This document shows, in pieces, positions 1 to 10,165 of a stretch of DNA of 64,000 nucleotides. The position numbers and the translations under genes were made by a program. The DNA comes from an uncultured Eubacteriales bacterium (lineage in GTDB: Bacteria > Bacillota > Clostridia > Peptostreptococcales > Anaerovoracaceae): positions 14,897 through 78,896 of the forward strand of contig CASEOD010000028.1 in the NCBI GenBank assembly GCA_949289445.1, read 5' to 3'. The notes below the pieces were generated by a model that worked only from the letters and a program-made list of their open reading frames with translations, did not search any database and was not told the origin of the DNA. Position 1 is the first letter of the stretch. Every line of letters begins with the position of its first letter.

Positions 1-187
1 TAGTGCAAACAAACCAGGCATACAGAACCAGCGCTATGACACCTGCCCCGATACTCCCCAGCACACCGAATCCTGTAAAGTACTGCATACATTCCTGACC
101 GGATGCAAAACTGGAACCGATTACAAATCCCATAAATGCACCGCCGATGGCAATGACCTGGCCGATATGAAGTTTGTTGTTTTCCAT
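1..187 (-). CDS. YkvI-family membrane protein (5' part, runs off window start)
   Basis: Manual translation from ATG at 187 (AGGAGG RBS upstream): MENNKLHIGQVIAIGGAFMGFVIGSSFASGQECMQYFTGFG, matching the YkvI GxxFASGQE motif. Confidence 0.7.
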   Translation of the reverse strand, partial: MENNKLHIGQVIAIGGAFMGFVIGSSFASGQECMQYFTGFGVLGSIGAGVIALVLYAWFVCT

Positions 188-278
188 ACAAAATCCTCCT
201 TTTCTAAATTTTCTAACTACAGTATATGTTCTGACTATGCCAGATACAATTGAACCTGCTTGAAGGCATTTACAACAT

Positions 279-312
279 AAAAAACGGACTTGAATTCATG
301 AAATTCAAGTCC
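279..312 (-). terminator. Rho-independent terminator of the XRE regulator gene
   Basis: GGACTTGAATT-N5-AATTCAAGTCC stem followed by a T-run on the minus strand. Confidence 0.6.
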
Positions 313-344
313 ATTCAGACCTATACCGGTATCACGTCCGCAAG

Positions 345-1706
345 CTACAGATATCGCAGCAAATCTTCTGCAGTCAGCCTGATACATGACGGCATCGTCA
401 GGATCTTCTCAAAAAAATGCTGAAATCCGTCCCGCATGCGGGAGTCCATGGAAATATGAAAATTGCTGTTGGAGGTTATCTTTGAGTTTTCAATCGACAG
501 CGCATAGGAGTCCAGAAAAATGGACGGCATCTGCCGCAGTTCTTCGTTAAGCCGTACCGTATCACGAATGAGCCACACATTAAAATCCGGATTTTCCGTC
601 ATAACCCGGCTGAGATAAGCAAGATGCCTGCGGGTCTGTTCTCCTGTCAGCTGATGGCTCACATTTCCCACATTCACCTTTCCGTCAGAAAGATACTGGT
701 TCAGCATGGAAGAAAAAAATACCAGATCAATATGAGATTTCCTTGTTCTCTTGGAGAATACGTTCTTCAGTTTCATCAAATAGGACGCATACTCCTCATC
801 ATCAGCCTCCCTGATCATACTGTCCATAATGTCATCAGGGAACAGCATCGCCGGCGGTTCGTTGAAAAACAGCCACTGTCTCTGATCAGAATACGAGTCC
901 AGCTGTGCATTCGTCCGTTTCAGATTTTCCGGCTGCGCAGGCTCAAGAAGCTGAGGTGCTGTCTCCAGAATCTGTTCACACATCTGTGAAAAGCTTTCAA
1001 TTACCCGGGGTTCCATGGAAAAGGCCGCCGCAAAGTTTACACCGTCGTTCCACAGTATCTGCAGGCAGAGGAGATCGTTAATCAGCAGAATCCGGGGCTG
1101 CCCGGCTTTCTGACATACAATGGTCATCTCGATATAGTCAAGGCGTCCGATGGTATTTAGAATATTCGTCACATAAGAGTAATCTTCTGCCATATGTTCT
1201 GTATTCAGAGCCATTTTCAGTCTCACATTACTGACTCCGCTGTCGTGAAGAGACTGCACCAGCCGCTTAAATTCACCGCCGTACAGCCGAAAAATATCAA
1301 AGGTCGCTGCCATCTCAACAGTTCTTCCCTCCCGATTCACGGCCTGCTGCAAAGCGGCACCGGTCAGTTCCACAAGAGTCTGTCTGCTGTCTGTAAATGA
1401 CATCTGATAATTGCTGTATCCCTGAAAGCTGAAATAACTGCTGTCGCTTTTCCAAGCACTGAACAGTTCAGATGCAATCTGTCTCTGCAGTACGTTTCTG
1501 TCCTTTCCGTCATTTTCCCGCGATGCGAAAAATTCAGCTATCTGACTGCAGATACGCTGTGCATTGCGAGCCGAGGGAAGTTTACTTCCGTTAATCCATT
1601 TGCTGATATATGTGGCATCATAGCTGAGAAATTCTGCCAGTTCACTCTCTTTTATTCCCGCTTTTCCCATACGAGTACGCAGCAGTCTTCCAAAAAGATT
1701 CTCCAT
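345..1706 (-). CDS. XRE/Cro-type HTH transcriptional regulator with long uncharacterised C-terminal region
   Basis: N-terminal FGRLLRTRM...ELAEFLSYDATYISKWINGSKLP HTH; 453 aa; GAGG RBS. Confidence 0.75.
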   Translation of the reverse strand: MENLFGRLLRTRMGKAGIKESELAEFLSYDATYISKWINGSKLPSARNAQRICSQIAEFFASRENDGKDRNVLQRQIASELFSAWKSDSSYFSFQGYSNYQMSFTDSRQTLVELTGAALQQAVNREGRTVEMAATFDIFRLYGGEFKRLVQSLHDSGVSNVRLKMALNTEHMAEDYSYVTNILNTIGRLDYIEMTIVCQKAGQPRILLINDLLCLQILWNDGVNFAAAFSMEPRVIESFSQMCEQILETAPQLLEPAQPENLKRTNAQLDSYSDQRQWLFFNEPPAMLFPDDIMDSMIREADDEEYASYLMKLKNVFSKRTRKSHIDLVFFSSMLNQYLSDGKVNVGNVSHQLTGEQTRRHLAYLSRVMTENPDFNVWLIRDTVRLNEELRQMPSIFLDSYALSIENSKITSNSNFHISMDSRMRDGFQHFFEKILTMPSCIRLTAEDLLRYL

Positions 1707-1859
1707 GACTTACCTCATCCCTTTATCAAAAGTCTCTACTAACATTTTAGTCTATTTTACCATAAAGCACAGGCATATTTCCACTTTTCTTCACATACCT
1801 GTGCCTAAAGAAAATCCGAAAGAATAACTTCTCCCGGATTCTGTCATCGTATGAAACTT

Positions 1860-2930
1860 TTATTCTCCCAGCCTGTGAGCCTTTTCTTCTCCGCACAGAA
1901 CTCTGTGGATACCCTTGGCAAGCGCCTCCATCTCGTAGGTTCCCGGAATGACTTCAACGGGAGCGATATAGCTGACCCTCTTCTTTATTTCTTCTGTCAG
2001 ATATTCAGAATAGGCCATGCCGCCGGTCAGAATAATCTTGTCCACCTGACCGTTTACAATCGGAGCCAGACTTCCGATATCCTTGGAAAGCTGCAGAATC
2101 ATAGCATCAATAATGATTCCGGCGGAAGGATCTGTTTCCGCCATCTTCTCTGCATCCCGCAAATCATTGACTCCCAGATAAGCAATGAGACCTCCCTGGC
2201 CCTTCAGTTTTTTCTGCACTTCTTTTTCTGTCAGACCGCTTCTGAAACAGAATTTCACCAGTTCTCTGCAGGGAACACCGCCTGAACGCTCCGGTGAAAA
2301 TCCGCCTTCATCGTCACCGACAAAATCAACAACCTTTCCTCCTTTGATCAGATTGGAGGTAACTCCGCCGCCAAGATGGCAGACAATATAAGTGGTATCC
2401 TCAAGGTTCACGCCGTCCCGTCCGGCCTGCTCGATGCTGACAGCCCGACTGTTGAGCACGTGGGTAAGAAACGGTTTATGAATCTCGGGAACTCCCGTAT
2501 ATGTAAAGATCGGATCAGGTACACCGCAGCCGCAGACTGCATCATAGACATACCCATGAATTCCTGTGCCCGCTTCTTCCGCAATTTCATAAGCTATCAC
2601 AGGAGACAGATTGGCAGGATGAGGGATCGGTGAATTCCTTGAGGCATCAGCGAAAGCTTTATCTGCCAGATAAGCTCCGCTTTCAAGCTGTCCCACAACG
2701 CCTCCTCTTGCTGCAATTCCGGACAGATCTGCCGGCGTCAGATTCCGGCTTTTGAGATAGTCCAGCACCGCCGCTTTTCTGAAATCCATCTGGTCATTGA
2801 TCTCCGGATACTGTTTCAGTTCTTCCGCAGAATGATCGATGCTCTGTGAATGAAGTTCCTTTTCTCCGTCATAGATGGCAACCTTGGTAGAAGTTGAACC
2901 CGGATTGATAACTAAAATATATTCTGCCAT
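1860..2930 (-). CDS. buk: Butyrate/acyl kinase
   Basis: ILVINPGSTSTK, HLGGG, GFSPERSG, ILTGGMAYS and EMEALA motifs of the acetate/butyrate kinase family. Confidence 0.93.
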   Translation of the reverse strand: MAEYILVINPGSTSTKVAIYDGEKELHSQSIDHSAEELKQYPEINDQMDFRKAAVLDYLKSRNLTPADLSGIAARGGVVGQLESGAYLADKAFADASRNSPIPHPANLSPVIAYEIAEEAGTGIHGYVYDAVCGCGVPDPIFTYTGVPEIHKPFLTHVLNSRAVSIEQAGRDGVNLEDTTYIVCHLGGGVTSNLIKGGKVVDFVGDDEGGFSPERSGGVPCRELVKFCFRSGLTEKEVQKKLKGQGGLIAYLGVNDLRDAEKMAETDPSAGIIIDAMILQLSKDIGSLAPIVNGQVDKIILTGGMAYSEYLTEEIKKRVSYIAPVEVIPGTYEMEALAKGIHRVLCGEEKAHRLGE

Positions 2931-2933
2931 AAT

Positions 2934-3845
2934 CTATCTCTCTCCTTTCACACAAGCCGCAGCAAGCAGCAGCGACTGACGTTTTTCTTTCTCTGTCGCA
3001 CCTCTGGAAGTCAGCGCAATCGGAGCCTTTGCTCCCACAATCAGTCCCGCCATATCGGCGCCTGCGGAAAACAGCAGTGCCTTTCCCAGAATATTTCCGC
3101 ACGGCATATTTGGAACCACCAGAATATCCGGATCGCCAACCAGCTCACTGTCAAATCCCTTTTTATGGGCGGACTCTCTGCTCATAAGAATATCGTAGGA
3201 AAGAGGTCCTTCCACAACACAGTTTTGGATTTCTCCGCGCTTGCACATTTCTGTCAGTTCTGCGGCATCCACCGTTTCCGGCTGCTTCGGGTTCACTTTT
3301 TCCACTGCTGCAAGTACCCCAACCTTCGGCATATCGTAGCCCATGTTCCGCAGATTCTCCACTGCATTTTCAATGATCTCTCTCTTCTGTTCCAGCGTCG
3401 GATACAGTACCATTCCACTGTCTGTCAGCACAATCAGCTTATGGTAGTTCGGAATCTTAAGAAACGCCAGATGGCTCATCAGCCTGCCGGTTCTGAGACC
3501 GTTCTCCTCTTTTACAACAGCCTTCAGTAAAATTCCGGTATCAATTTTCCCCTTTAATATAAAGTCAGCTTTACCGTCCCGAATGCATTCGCAGGTCTTC
3601 TGCGCCGCCTCTTCCAGAGTGGCAGCGTGAATAATCGGGCAGTCATCCATTTCTCCGCCAAAGGCCTTGATTTCTTCTCTGATCAGGGACTCATCACCTA
3701 CCAGCACCGCATCGATAAGGCCTTCCCTGCGGCATGCATTGACAGCCGTCAATGCTGATTTATCCTGCGCCGCAGAAACCACCACCGTCTTCTTTGTCGC
3801 AGCGTGAAAAGACTTTTCTAATTCATCAAAATCTTTAAATACCAT
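2934..3845 (-). CDS. ptb: Phosphate butyryltransferase (phosphate acyltransferase)
   Basis: ILKGKIDT, LAAVEKVNP, VEGPLSYD, GAKAPIALTSR motifs; start moved to ATG 3845 behind GGAGGTAGGAG. Confidence 0.92.
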   Translation of the reverse strand: MVFKDFDELEKSFHAATKKTVVVSAAQDKSALTAVNACRREGLIDAVLVGDESLIREEIKAFGGEMDDCPIIHAATLEEAAQKTCECIRDGKADFILKGKIDTGILLKAVVKEENGLRTGRLMSHLAFLKIPNYHKLIVLTDSGMVLYPTLEQKREIIENAVENLRNMGYDMPKVGVLAAVEKVNPKQPETVDAAELTEMCKRGEIQNCVVEGPLSYDILMSRESAHKKGFDSELVGDPDILVVPNMPCGNILGKALLFSAGADMAGLIVGAKAPIALTSRGATEKEKRQSLLLAAACVKGER

Positions 3846-3880
3846 TGCTCCTACCTCCACTTTACATGTAATATACTTTA

Positions 3881-3909
3881 AGGATAACACGTTTATAAGC
3901 CGGGGTCAA
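3881..3909 (-). promoter_or_regulatory. sigma70-type promoter of ptb-buk
   Basis: Minus strand TTGACC-17 nt-TATCCT with TG extension. Confidence 0.55.
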
Positions 3910-3948
3910 ATTTTTTTTCAGACTGCCTTACTTTTTGTTTGAAAAAGC

Positions 3949-3977
3949 TTGCGGATAAAAAAAAAAATTGATATAAT
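3949..3977 (+). promoter_or_regulatory. sigma70-type promoter with A11 tract in the spacer
   Basis: TTGCGG (3949-3954), 17-nt spacer containing A11 (3957-3967), TG-N-TATAAT (-10 at 3972-3977). Confidence 0.65.
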
Positions 3978-4029
3978 AACTGTGATTCTTTATCAAGCTA
4001 AATGACTATGTACAACAGGGAGGCTATCT

Positions 4030-4692
4030 ATGGTAAACAACTTAAATCAGCTGAAACAGATCGCCGATCTGATTGCCGCTCAATTCGGACCGGCAACAGA
4101 GGTCGTCGTGCATGACTTTACCGGGGAACTGGATCATACCATCGTGTATATCGTCAACGGTCATGTGACAGGAAGAACCATAGGCGATGCACCGACCCAG
4201 TCCTTTCTGCAATATATGAATGTGAACCATCAGCGCAAAGCGATGGAAAAAGTGCGGCACGTGTCCCATCTGCCTGACGGCCGGATAATCCGTTCTTCCA
4301 CCGCAAACTTCTTTGACGAGGACGGAACGCTTAACAGTTCCCTGTGTATCAATCAGGATATTTCCGACCTTGTTGCTCTTGAAAGCGCGGTGAAAGGTCT
4401 TTCCGATGTCGGTTATTTTGAAACCAATATCCTGACAAATTATAACGAATTTGATGTACAGCCTTCTTCCATCCACGGTATGATGGACAATATCATTACG
4501 GAGGGTCTGGCAACTATCGGTACGCCTCCTGACAAGATGAACAAGGAAGCAAAGATCAAACTGCTCCGCTTCCTTGATGAGCGTGGTGTATTTCTGATTC
4601 AGAAATCAGGTCAGAAAGTCTGTGAACTTCTGGGGATTTCCAAGTTTACACTGTACAACTATCTGGAAGAGGCAAGAGGGAAAGAGAAATAA
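4030..4692 (+). CDS. YheO-like PAS/HTH transcriptional regulator
   Basis: FGPATEVVVHD, NGHVTGRTIG, SSLCINQD PAS_6 motifs and C-terminal LDERGVFLIQ...LGISKFTLYNYL HTH. Confidence 0.9.
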   Translation: MVNNLNQLKQIADLIAAQFGPATEVVVHDFTGELDHTIVYIVNGHVTGRTIGDAPTQSFLQYMNVNHQRKAMEKVRHVSHLPDGRIIRSSTANFFDEDGTLNSSLCINQDISDLVALESAVKGLSDVGYFETNILTNYNEFDVQPSSIHGMMDNIITEGLATIGTPPDKMNKEAKIKLLRFLDERGVFLIQKSGQKVCELLGISKFTLYNYLEEARGKEK

Positions 4693-4707
4693 AAAATCGG
4701 CCTGTAT

Positions 4708-4740
4708 GCACCCGCAGAAAAGATCTCTGCGGGTGCTCAT
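4708..4740. terminator. Hairpin terminator between convergent genes
   Basis: GCACCCGCAGA-loop-TCTGCGGGTGC. Confidence 0.6.
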
Positions 4741-4933
4741 TTTACAGTTTATAAAATACAGCCTGTCTCGCCGGCATACTTCCTGCTCCGGCAATCTGTC
4801 ATCACAGCTTATCCCTGATACCACTGCGCCTGCCCTGCGAATCACCACATTGTATTCATCACTGACCTCTTTGTGAAACAGAAGCTCCATCGATGGAGAG
4901 ATTGATCCGGCTTTGCTTTCTCATCTACACAAT

Positions 4934-5254
4934 TTACCCCTCTCTTTCGCACAGTTCCACGTAAGAATCAAAATATTTCTCCATAAATTCTACCTGCTCC
5001 ATGATCTCTTCAGCGGTGTAAAAGGCATTGCTCACCACCCATTTATCTTCTACGTCATTTTTTCTTCGCACATATGCGATCAGAAAGCCTTCAAAAGAAT
5101 CCAGCGGCTCTTTTTCACCCAGAATATATGCATCCTGTTCTTCTCCGTCTCCGGCAATTATCCCTTCAATATACCCGTAATTTACGGGATAGGTGTTTCC
5201 AAAGCGATCCCTGTAACCAACGGGACGATCAACCGTTACTTTAACCCTCTTCAT
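4934..5254 (-). CDS. Small family-I inorganic pyrophosphatase-like protein
   Basis: YPVNYGYIEG, GDGEEQDAYILG and EDKWVV motifs; AAAGGAG RBS. Confidence 0.8.
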   Translation of the reverse strand: MKRVKVTVDRPVGYRDRFGNTYPVNYGYIEGIIAGDGEEQDAYILGEKEPLDSFEGFLIAYVRRKNDVEDKWVVSNAFYTAEEIMEQVEFMEKYFDSYVELCEREG

Positions 5255-5339
5255 TACGCTCTCCTTTCATACCGGCAGGGGCTCTTTTTTCTCCGTTTGT
5301 ACGAACCCTTCAATTCGGCTCTCATATCGTTTTTTATTG

Positions 5340-6680
5340 TTTTATAGACGAAAATCGTCTTATAAATCACAAGTGTTTATAGATGTAAGGGGAACCTCGT
5401 ATCTTTTTGATGTTTCTCCGTTTTCGCTTTTATCCTCTTATATTACCACATAAGTTAGTTTTGTAAAGTCAGGCACCATTTTAGCACCACAAACAAGGCA
5501 ATAAACGCAGGCACAAGACTGTATTCTCATGCCCATAATGAAACTTTAATTGTTGCTTAAAAACACATTAAGACCTGCCCGAAAAGTTTTACAGACTTAA
5601 AACCATCAGGGCGAGTCTGTACCTTCAACCTTAAAAAAACACTTTAACTGCTTAATATCTCAAAGTGAAATACTATTCGTTCAGATTATCCTGTTCCTTT
5701 CGTTCGATTGCGAAAAGTTCCATCAAACTCTCGTTTCCGTCTGTGACAGAAAGCAAGAGTTTTGTTTGTTGAGAATATCCCAGATCTACACCAAACCGAA
5801 GTTTATATTTCTAAACCCATTGAATAAAGGCTGTTTTATCTTCGCTGTTATATCCCGCTTTCCTGTAAAAGTTCAAAGTGCTTTCTTTTTTAGAACCTGT
5901 TAACAGCATCAATTTATAACAATTCTCTTTTACCGCAATTTCTTTTGCAAAATCCAGACATTGAGTAGCCAATCCTTTATTTCTATAATTTACATCCGTT
6001 ATCACATTTTCAATAAAAGCATATGGCCGCTGATTATGTGTCAGATTAGGAATAATAACACATACACAAGACGATACAATCTGTCCGTTTTCTTCCGCAA
6101 CAATTATATGGTGATCTTTGTTATTAACAATTCTATTCCATAAATTTATTATTTCATCGGTTTTCTCCGGCATTTGATTTTCGTGTAATTGCATATATAA
6201 GGTTAATAGTCCTTTAAAATCATTTTGTGTTATTTCTCTTATCATAATTAACACCTCTACAACTTTAAATTTGTTACTCTGTATAAAAAAATTATAGCAC
6301 CCAAATATAAAATTCTGCTATTACATCCCTCATTTGTATGATATAGCAAAGCCATCCACACTCGTCAACGGTCGAGATGAACGGACTTGCCCCTCCTTTG
6401 GCAAGTGCATCTGTTCCTGCTTATGTGGCAGCCACCGGGGAGAAAACAACAAGTACTTTCTCTCTGGTATAGTTTCTCTTATATCTGCCCGTGCCATTTT
6501 ATATCGTTACTGAAAATCCAATCACCACCTAACCACCAAAATCATTGTTTTTTGCATGTTTCAATGTATAGAAAAACCAGTATTTATAACAGGTTTCACG
6601 GCTCGGGACTTTTGGATGGCAAAAGCAGATACTATTTTTATAGTATCATAAACCACTTGTCACCACAATAACCCCCGAAA
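5340..6680. mobile_element. Probable remnant islet of an integrative element carrying a GNAT gene (no integrase present)
   Basis: Visibly AT-rich; three tandem (C)ACCA(C) pairs at 5474-5490, 6523-6538 and 6652-6666 resembling tyrosine-integrase arm sites. Confidence 0.4.
5811..6254 (-). CDS. GNAT family N-acetyltransferase
   Basis: IENVITDVNYRNKGLA acetyl-CoA motif A and LNFYRKAGY motif B; AT-rich codon usage. Confidence 0.9.
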   Translation of the reverse strand: MLIMIREITQNDFKGLLTLYMQLHENQMPEKTDEIINLWNRIVNNKDHHIIVAEENGQIVSSCVCVIIPNLTHNQRPYAFIENVITDVNYRNKGLATQCLDFAKEIAVKENCYKLMLLTGSKKESTLNFYRKAGYNSEDKTAFIQWV

Positions 6681-6776
6681 CAGATTTTTATTCTCTCTTC
6701 ATCAAAAAGCTGCCTCACTGAATGTTCAGCAAGACAGCTTTTCACTGTTTCCTTTATTTTCTATTGGTATACTTTT

Positions 6777-8171
6777 CTAAAACTCAGCTGTTTTCGGAGT
6801 TCTAGGGAACGGTAGCACATCTCTGATATTTCCCATACCTGTCAGGTACATGATCATTCTTTCAAAGCCCATGCCATAACCTGCATGTTTTACACCGCCG
6901 TATTTACGCAGATCCAGATACCACCAGTAATCCTTTTCCTCAAGACCCAGTTCTGCCATTCTTGCAGTCAACACATCAAGACGCTCTTCTCTCTGGCTGC
7001 CGCCAATGATCTCGCCCACACCCGGCACCAGAAGGTCACAGGCAGCAACAGTCTTGTTGTCATCATTGAGACGCATATAGAAAGCCTTGATATCCTTAGG
7101 ATAATCGGTGACAAATATCGGCTTTTTGAAAATCTCCTCGGTCAGATATCTCTCATGCTCCGTCTGCAGATCGATACCCCACTCTACCGGGTACTGGAAA
7201 TCCTTCCCTGATTTCAGCAGCAGATCCACCGCCTCGGTATAAGTCACTCTTCCAAAATCAGAGTTAACAATATTGTCAAGACGTTCCAGCAGACCCTTAT
7301 CAATAAAACTGTTAAAGAAAGCCATCTCTTCAGGAGCATTCTCCAGCACATAATTGATAATGTATTTTACCATTTCCTCTGCCAGATCCATGTTGTCAGT
7401 CAGATCGGCAAAAGCAATCTCAGGCTCAATCATCCAGAACTCGGAAGCATGTCTTGTGGTGTTGGAATTTTCCGCACGGAAAGTCGGTCCAAAAGTATAC
7501 ACATTTCTGAATGCCAAAGCAAAGGTTTCCGCTTCCAGCTGGCCACTCACTGTCAGACTGGTTTCTTTTCCAAAGAAATCCTGGCTGTAGTCCACAGTAC
7601 CGTCTTCTGTCTTTGGCAGATTCTCCATGTCCAGTGTAGTGATTCGGAACATTTCGCCTGCACCCTCACAGTCACTTCCGGTAATAATTGGTGTATGGGC
7701 ATATACGAAGTGTTTTTCCTGGAAAAACTTATGCACAGCATAGGCTACCAGAGAACGGACTCTGAATACTGCAGAAAAAGTATTGCTTCTGGGACGCAGA
7801 TGAGCGATTTCTCTGAGAAACTCCATGGAGTGTCTTTTCTTCTGCAGAGGATAATCAGAAGCAGAATCTGCTTCCATAACCACTTCTGCAGCTTTTATTT
7901 CAAACGGCTGTTTTGCCTCCGGAGTCAGCACCAGCGTTCCCTTCACCATCCAGGCAGAAGAAATCGGAGCTTTAGACACCTGTTCGAAATTATCGATCTT
8001 ATCAGCCTCATATACCACCTGTACAGACTTGAAAAAAGTTCCGTCGTTCAGTTCTATAAATCCAAACTTATTAGAGCTTCGGTTGGTTCGAACCCATCCT
8101 CTGACCACAATTTCCTGATCAGCATACTTCTCAGTGTTTCTGTGAAGCTCCCTAAGCTGTATATCTTTCAT
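6777..8171 (-). CDS. asnS: Asparagine--tRNA ligase
   Basis: OB-fold N-terminus; [42 protein letters not shown] class II motifs. Confidence 0.98.
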   Translation of the reverse strand: MKDIQLRELHRNTEKYADQEIVVRGWVRTNRSSNKFGFIELNDGTFFKSVQVVYEADKIDNFEQVSKAPISSAWMVKGTLVLTPEAKQPFEIKAAEVVMEADSASDYPLQKKRHSMEFLREIAHLRPRSNTFSAVFRVRSLVAYAVHKFFQEKHFVYAHTPIITGSDCEGAGEMFRITTLDMENLPKTEDGTVDYSQDFFGKETSLTVSGQLEAETFALAFRNVYTFGPTFRAENSNTTRHASEFWMIEPEIAFADLTDNMDLAEEMVKYIINYVLENAPEEMAFFNSFIDKGLLERLDNIVNSDFGRVTYTEAVDLLLKSGKDFQYPVEWGIDLQTEHERYLTEEIFKKPIFVTDYPKDIKAFYMRLNDDNKTVAACDLLVPGVGEIIGGSQREERLDVLTARMAELGLEEKDYWWYLDLRKYGGVKHAGYGMGFERMIMYLTGMGNIRDVLPFPRTPKTAEF

Positions 8172-8399
8172 TACTTTTTACCTTCTTTCGTAAAAATTGT
8201 TGTTATCTTCTACATAATATCATGTAATTTAAGCCACTTCAAGGGGGGAATTGACTGCCATTCCTTAATATTTCCAAAGCTGCCGCAAAAAATGCCGTAA
8301 CTGGATTTTTTGATGGAACCCTGATCCCTGCTGTGATACAATAGGAAACAACGGGATCATAGATTCCCCATTTTAGATAAAAGCGAGGCACATTACATT

Positions 8400-9384
8400 A
8401 TGAAAAAAAAAAGTAATTCTAGATGTAGATACTGGTTCCGATGATGCAGTTGCTATTATGACCGCTCTTCTGGCAGAGGAGATTGAACTGCTGGGAGTCA
8501 CTGTCACCCATGGCAACCAGCCCCTTCCTGTCACCCTGGAAAATACTCTGCGGGTCATGTCATATATGAAAGGAAATGTTCCTGTTTTCAAGGGCAGCTA
8601 TGAACCCCTGGTAAAGTGGCTTACACCCGGTCGTGAACTCCCCGGCGGTTCAGCAGGAAAATCCACCATGGTGGTCAATGGCAAAACCTATGTTCTTCAT
8701 GAAGAAAACATGGGACTTCCTCCAGCTTCCATTAAAGAGGAACCGGTTCCTGCAGCCATGTGGATCGTAGATACCATCAGAAACAGTCCTGAAAAAATCA
8801 CAGTAATTCCGGTAGGTCCCTGCTCCAACATCGCGGTTGCGCTGCGCATCGATCCCTCTATCGTGGAAAATATAGAAGAGATCATCATTATGGGTGGCGC
8901 AGACAATATGGGTAATCGGACAGGTGCGGGAGAATTCAATTTTTTCGCTGATCCCGAGGCTGCAAAAATTGTAGTGGGCTGCGGTGCAAAGATTACGATT
9001 ATTCCACTTAACGCAACCCATTCCGCAAAATTTAATTATGACGATGCAGACCGCTTCGAAGCCTTGGGCACCAGAGCCGGAAAATTTACAAGCCGTCTGA
9101 TCCGACATCGGGCGGATTTTGAAAGTGTCCAGGGACAAAGCAACGGAGAGACGGCTGTTCATGATGCGCTGACAGTCTGCGCACTCATTGACCGCTCCAT
9201 CATTCTTGAAAGCTGTGAACAGACAGTGGATATCGACATCGGCGGCAGCATTGCCGACGGCATGATGTATTGCGATACCAGACCGTTATCCGAGCCCCTT
9301 CCGAAAAACGCCACCGTCGCATATAAAATCGACAAAGAAAAAGCAATGAATCTGATGCTCCGTATCATGAGCAGAGATCTGTAG
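8400..9384 (+). pseudogene. Inosine/uridine-preferring nucleoside hydrolase, frameshifted in an A10 tract right after the start codon
   Basis: ATG at 8400 then A10; with A9 it reads MKKKVILDVDTGSDDAVAIMTALL (catalytic DxDxGxDD) into the 8458 ORF, which has GEFNFFADPEAA and VHDAL. Confidence 0.85.
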
Positions 9385-9395
9385 AGGAGGCGTTT

Positions 9396-10082
9396 ATGAC
9401 AGAACTGGAAGCAATCAGAGCACGTCACTCTGTGCGCAGCTATCTTTCAAAGCCCCTTTCCGGGGATATCGTCAAAGAACTGGAAAAACAGATTGACCAC
9501 TGCAATCGCCACGGCAATCTGCACTTTCAACTGGTAACAGGCGAAGAATCTGCCTTCCGTGGTTTTCTTGCACACTACGGAAAATTTGAAAATGTGCAAA
9601 ACTATGTGGCGCTCGTCGGCAGCAAATCAGAGGATCTGGACGAGAAAACCGGTTATTACGGGGAGCAGCTGGTTTTGCGCGCCCAGCAACTAGGGCTTAA
9701 TACCTGCTGGGTAGCGCTGACCTTCAAAAAAGGAGCCGCAAAATCTCATTGCCTGATCAGTCCTGACGAGAAGTTGGTCTGCCTTCTGGCTCTGGGCTAC
9801 GGAAAAACTCAGGGCTCCCCCCGCAAACAGAAAACCATCGGCCAAATCTGCAGAGATGAGCCCAAAGAACTGCAAAATCTTCCCGACTGGTACAGGCAGG
9901 GGATGGAAGCCGCCCTGCTGGCTCCAACCGCTGTGAATCAGCAGAAATTTGTCTTTTCCCGCAGAGGAAATATAGTCTATGCACAATCTACCGGCGGATT
10001 TTATGCTAAAGTGGATTTAGGAATTGTGAAGTACCATTTTGAAGTCGGCGCGGGAAAGGATCAGTTTATCTGGGGCAAATAA
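9396..10082 (+). CDS. Nitroreductase family protein (TM1586-like)
   Basis: ARHSVRSY, LGLNTCWV and APTAVNQQ motifs; GGAGG RBS. Confidence 0.88.
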   Translation: MTELEAIRARHSVRSYLSKPLSGDIVKELEKQIDHCNRHGNLHFQLVTGEESAFRGFLAHYGKFENVQNYVALVGSKSEDLDEKTGYYGEQLVLRAQQLGLNTCWVALTFKKGAAKSHCLISPDEKLVCLLALGYGKTQGSPRKQKTIGQICRDEPKELQNLPDWYRQGMEAALLAPTAVNQQKFVFSRRGNIVYAQSTGGFYAKVDLGIVKYHFEVGAGKDQFIWGK

Positions 10083-10114
10083 GGAATATTCCGCCGACCT
10101 TTCTGAAAAGATAA

Positions 10115-10137
10115 GCCGCCGCATAAAATGCGGCGGC
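10115..10137. terminator. Hairpin terminator between nitroreductase and EF-G-like gene
   Basis: GCCGCCGCAT-AAA-ATGCGGCGGC. Confidence 0.65.
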
Positions 10138-10165
10138 ATTGCTTTATCAAAGAAGATACTATGAA

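Noticed and set aside
4742-4930. Possible degraded gene downstream of the pyrophosphatase
   Set aside because: Only short open frames with no recognisable homology; cannot support a pseudogene call
8172-8399. T-box leader for asnS
   Set aside because: No AAGGTGGNACC T-box or terminator/antiterminator found
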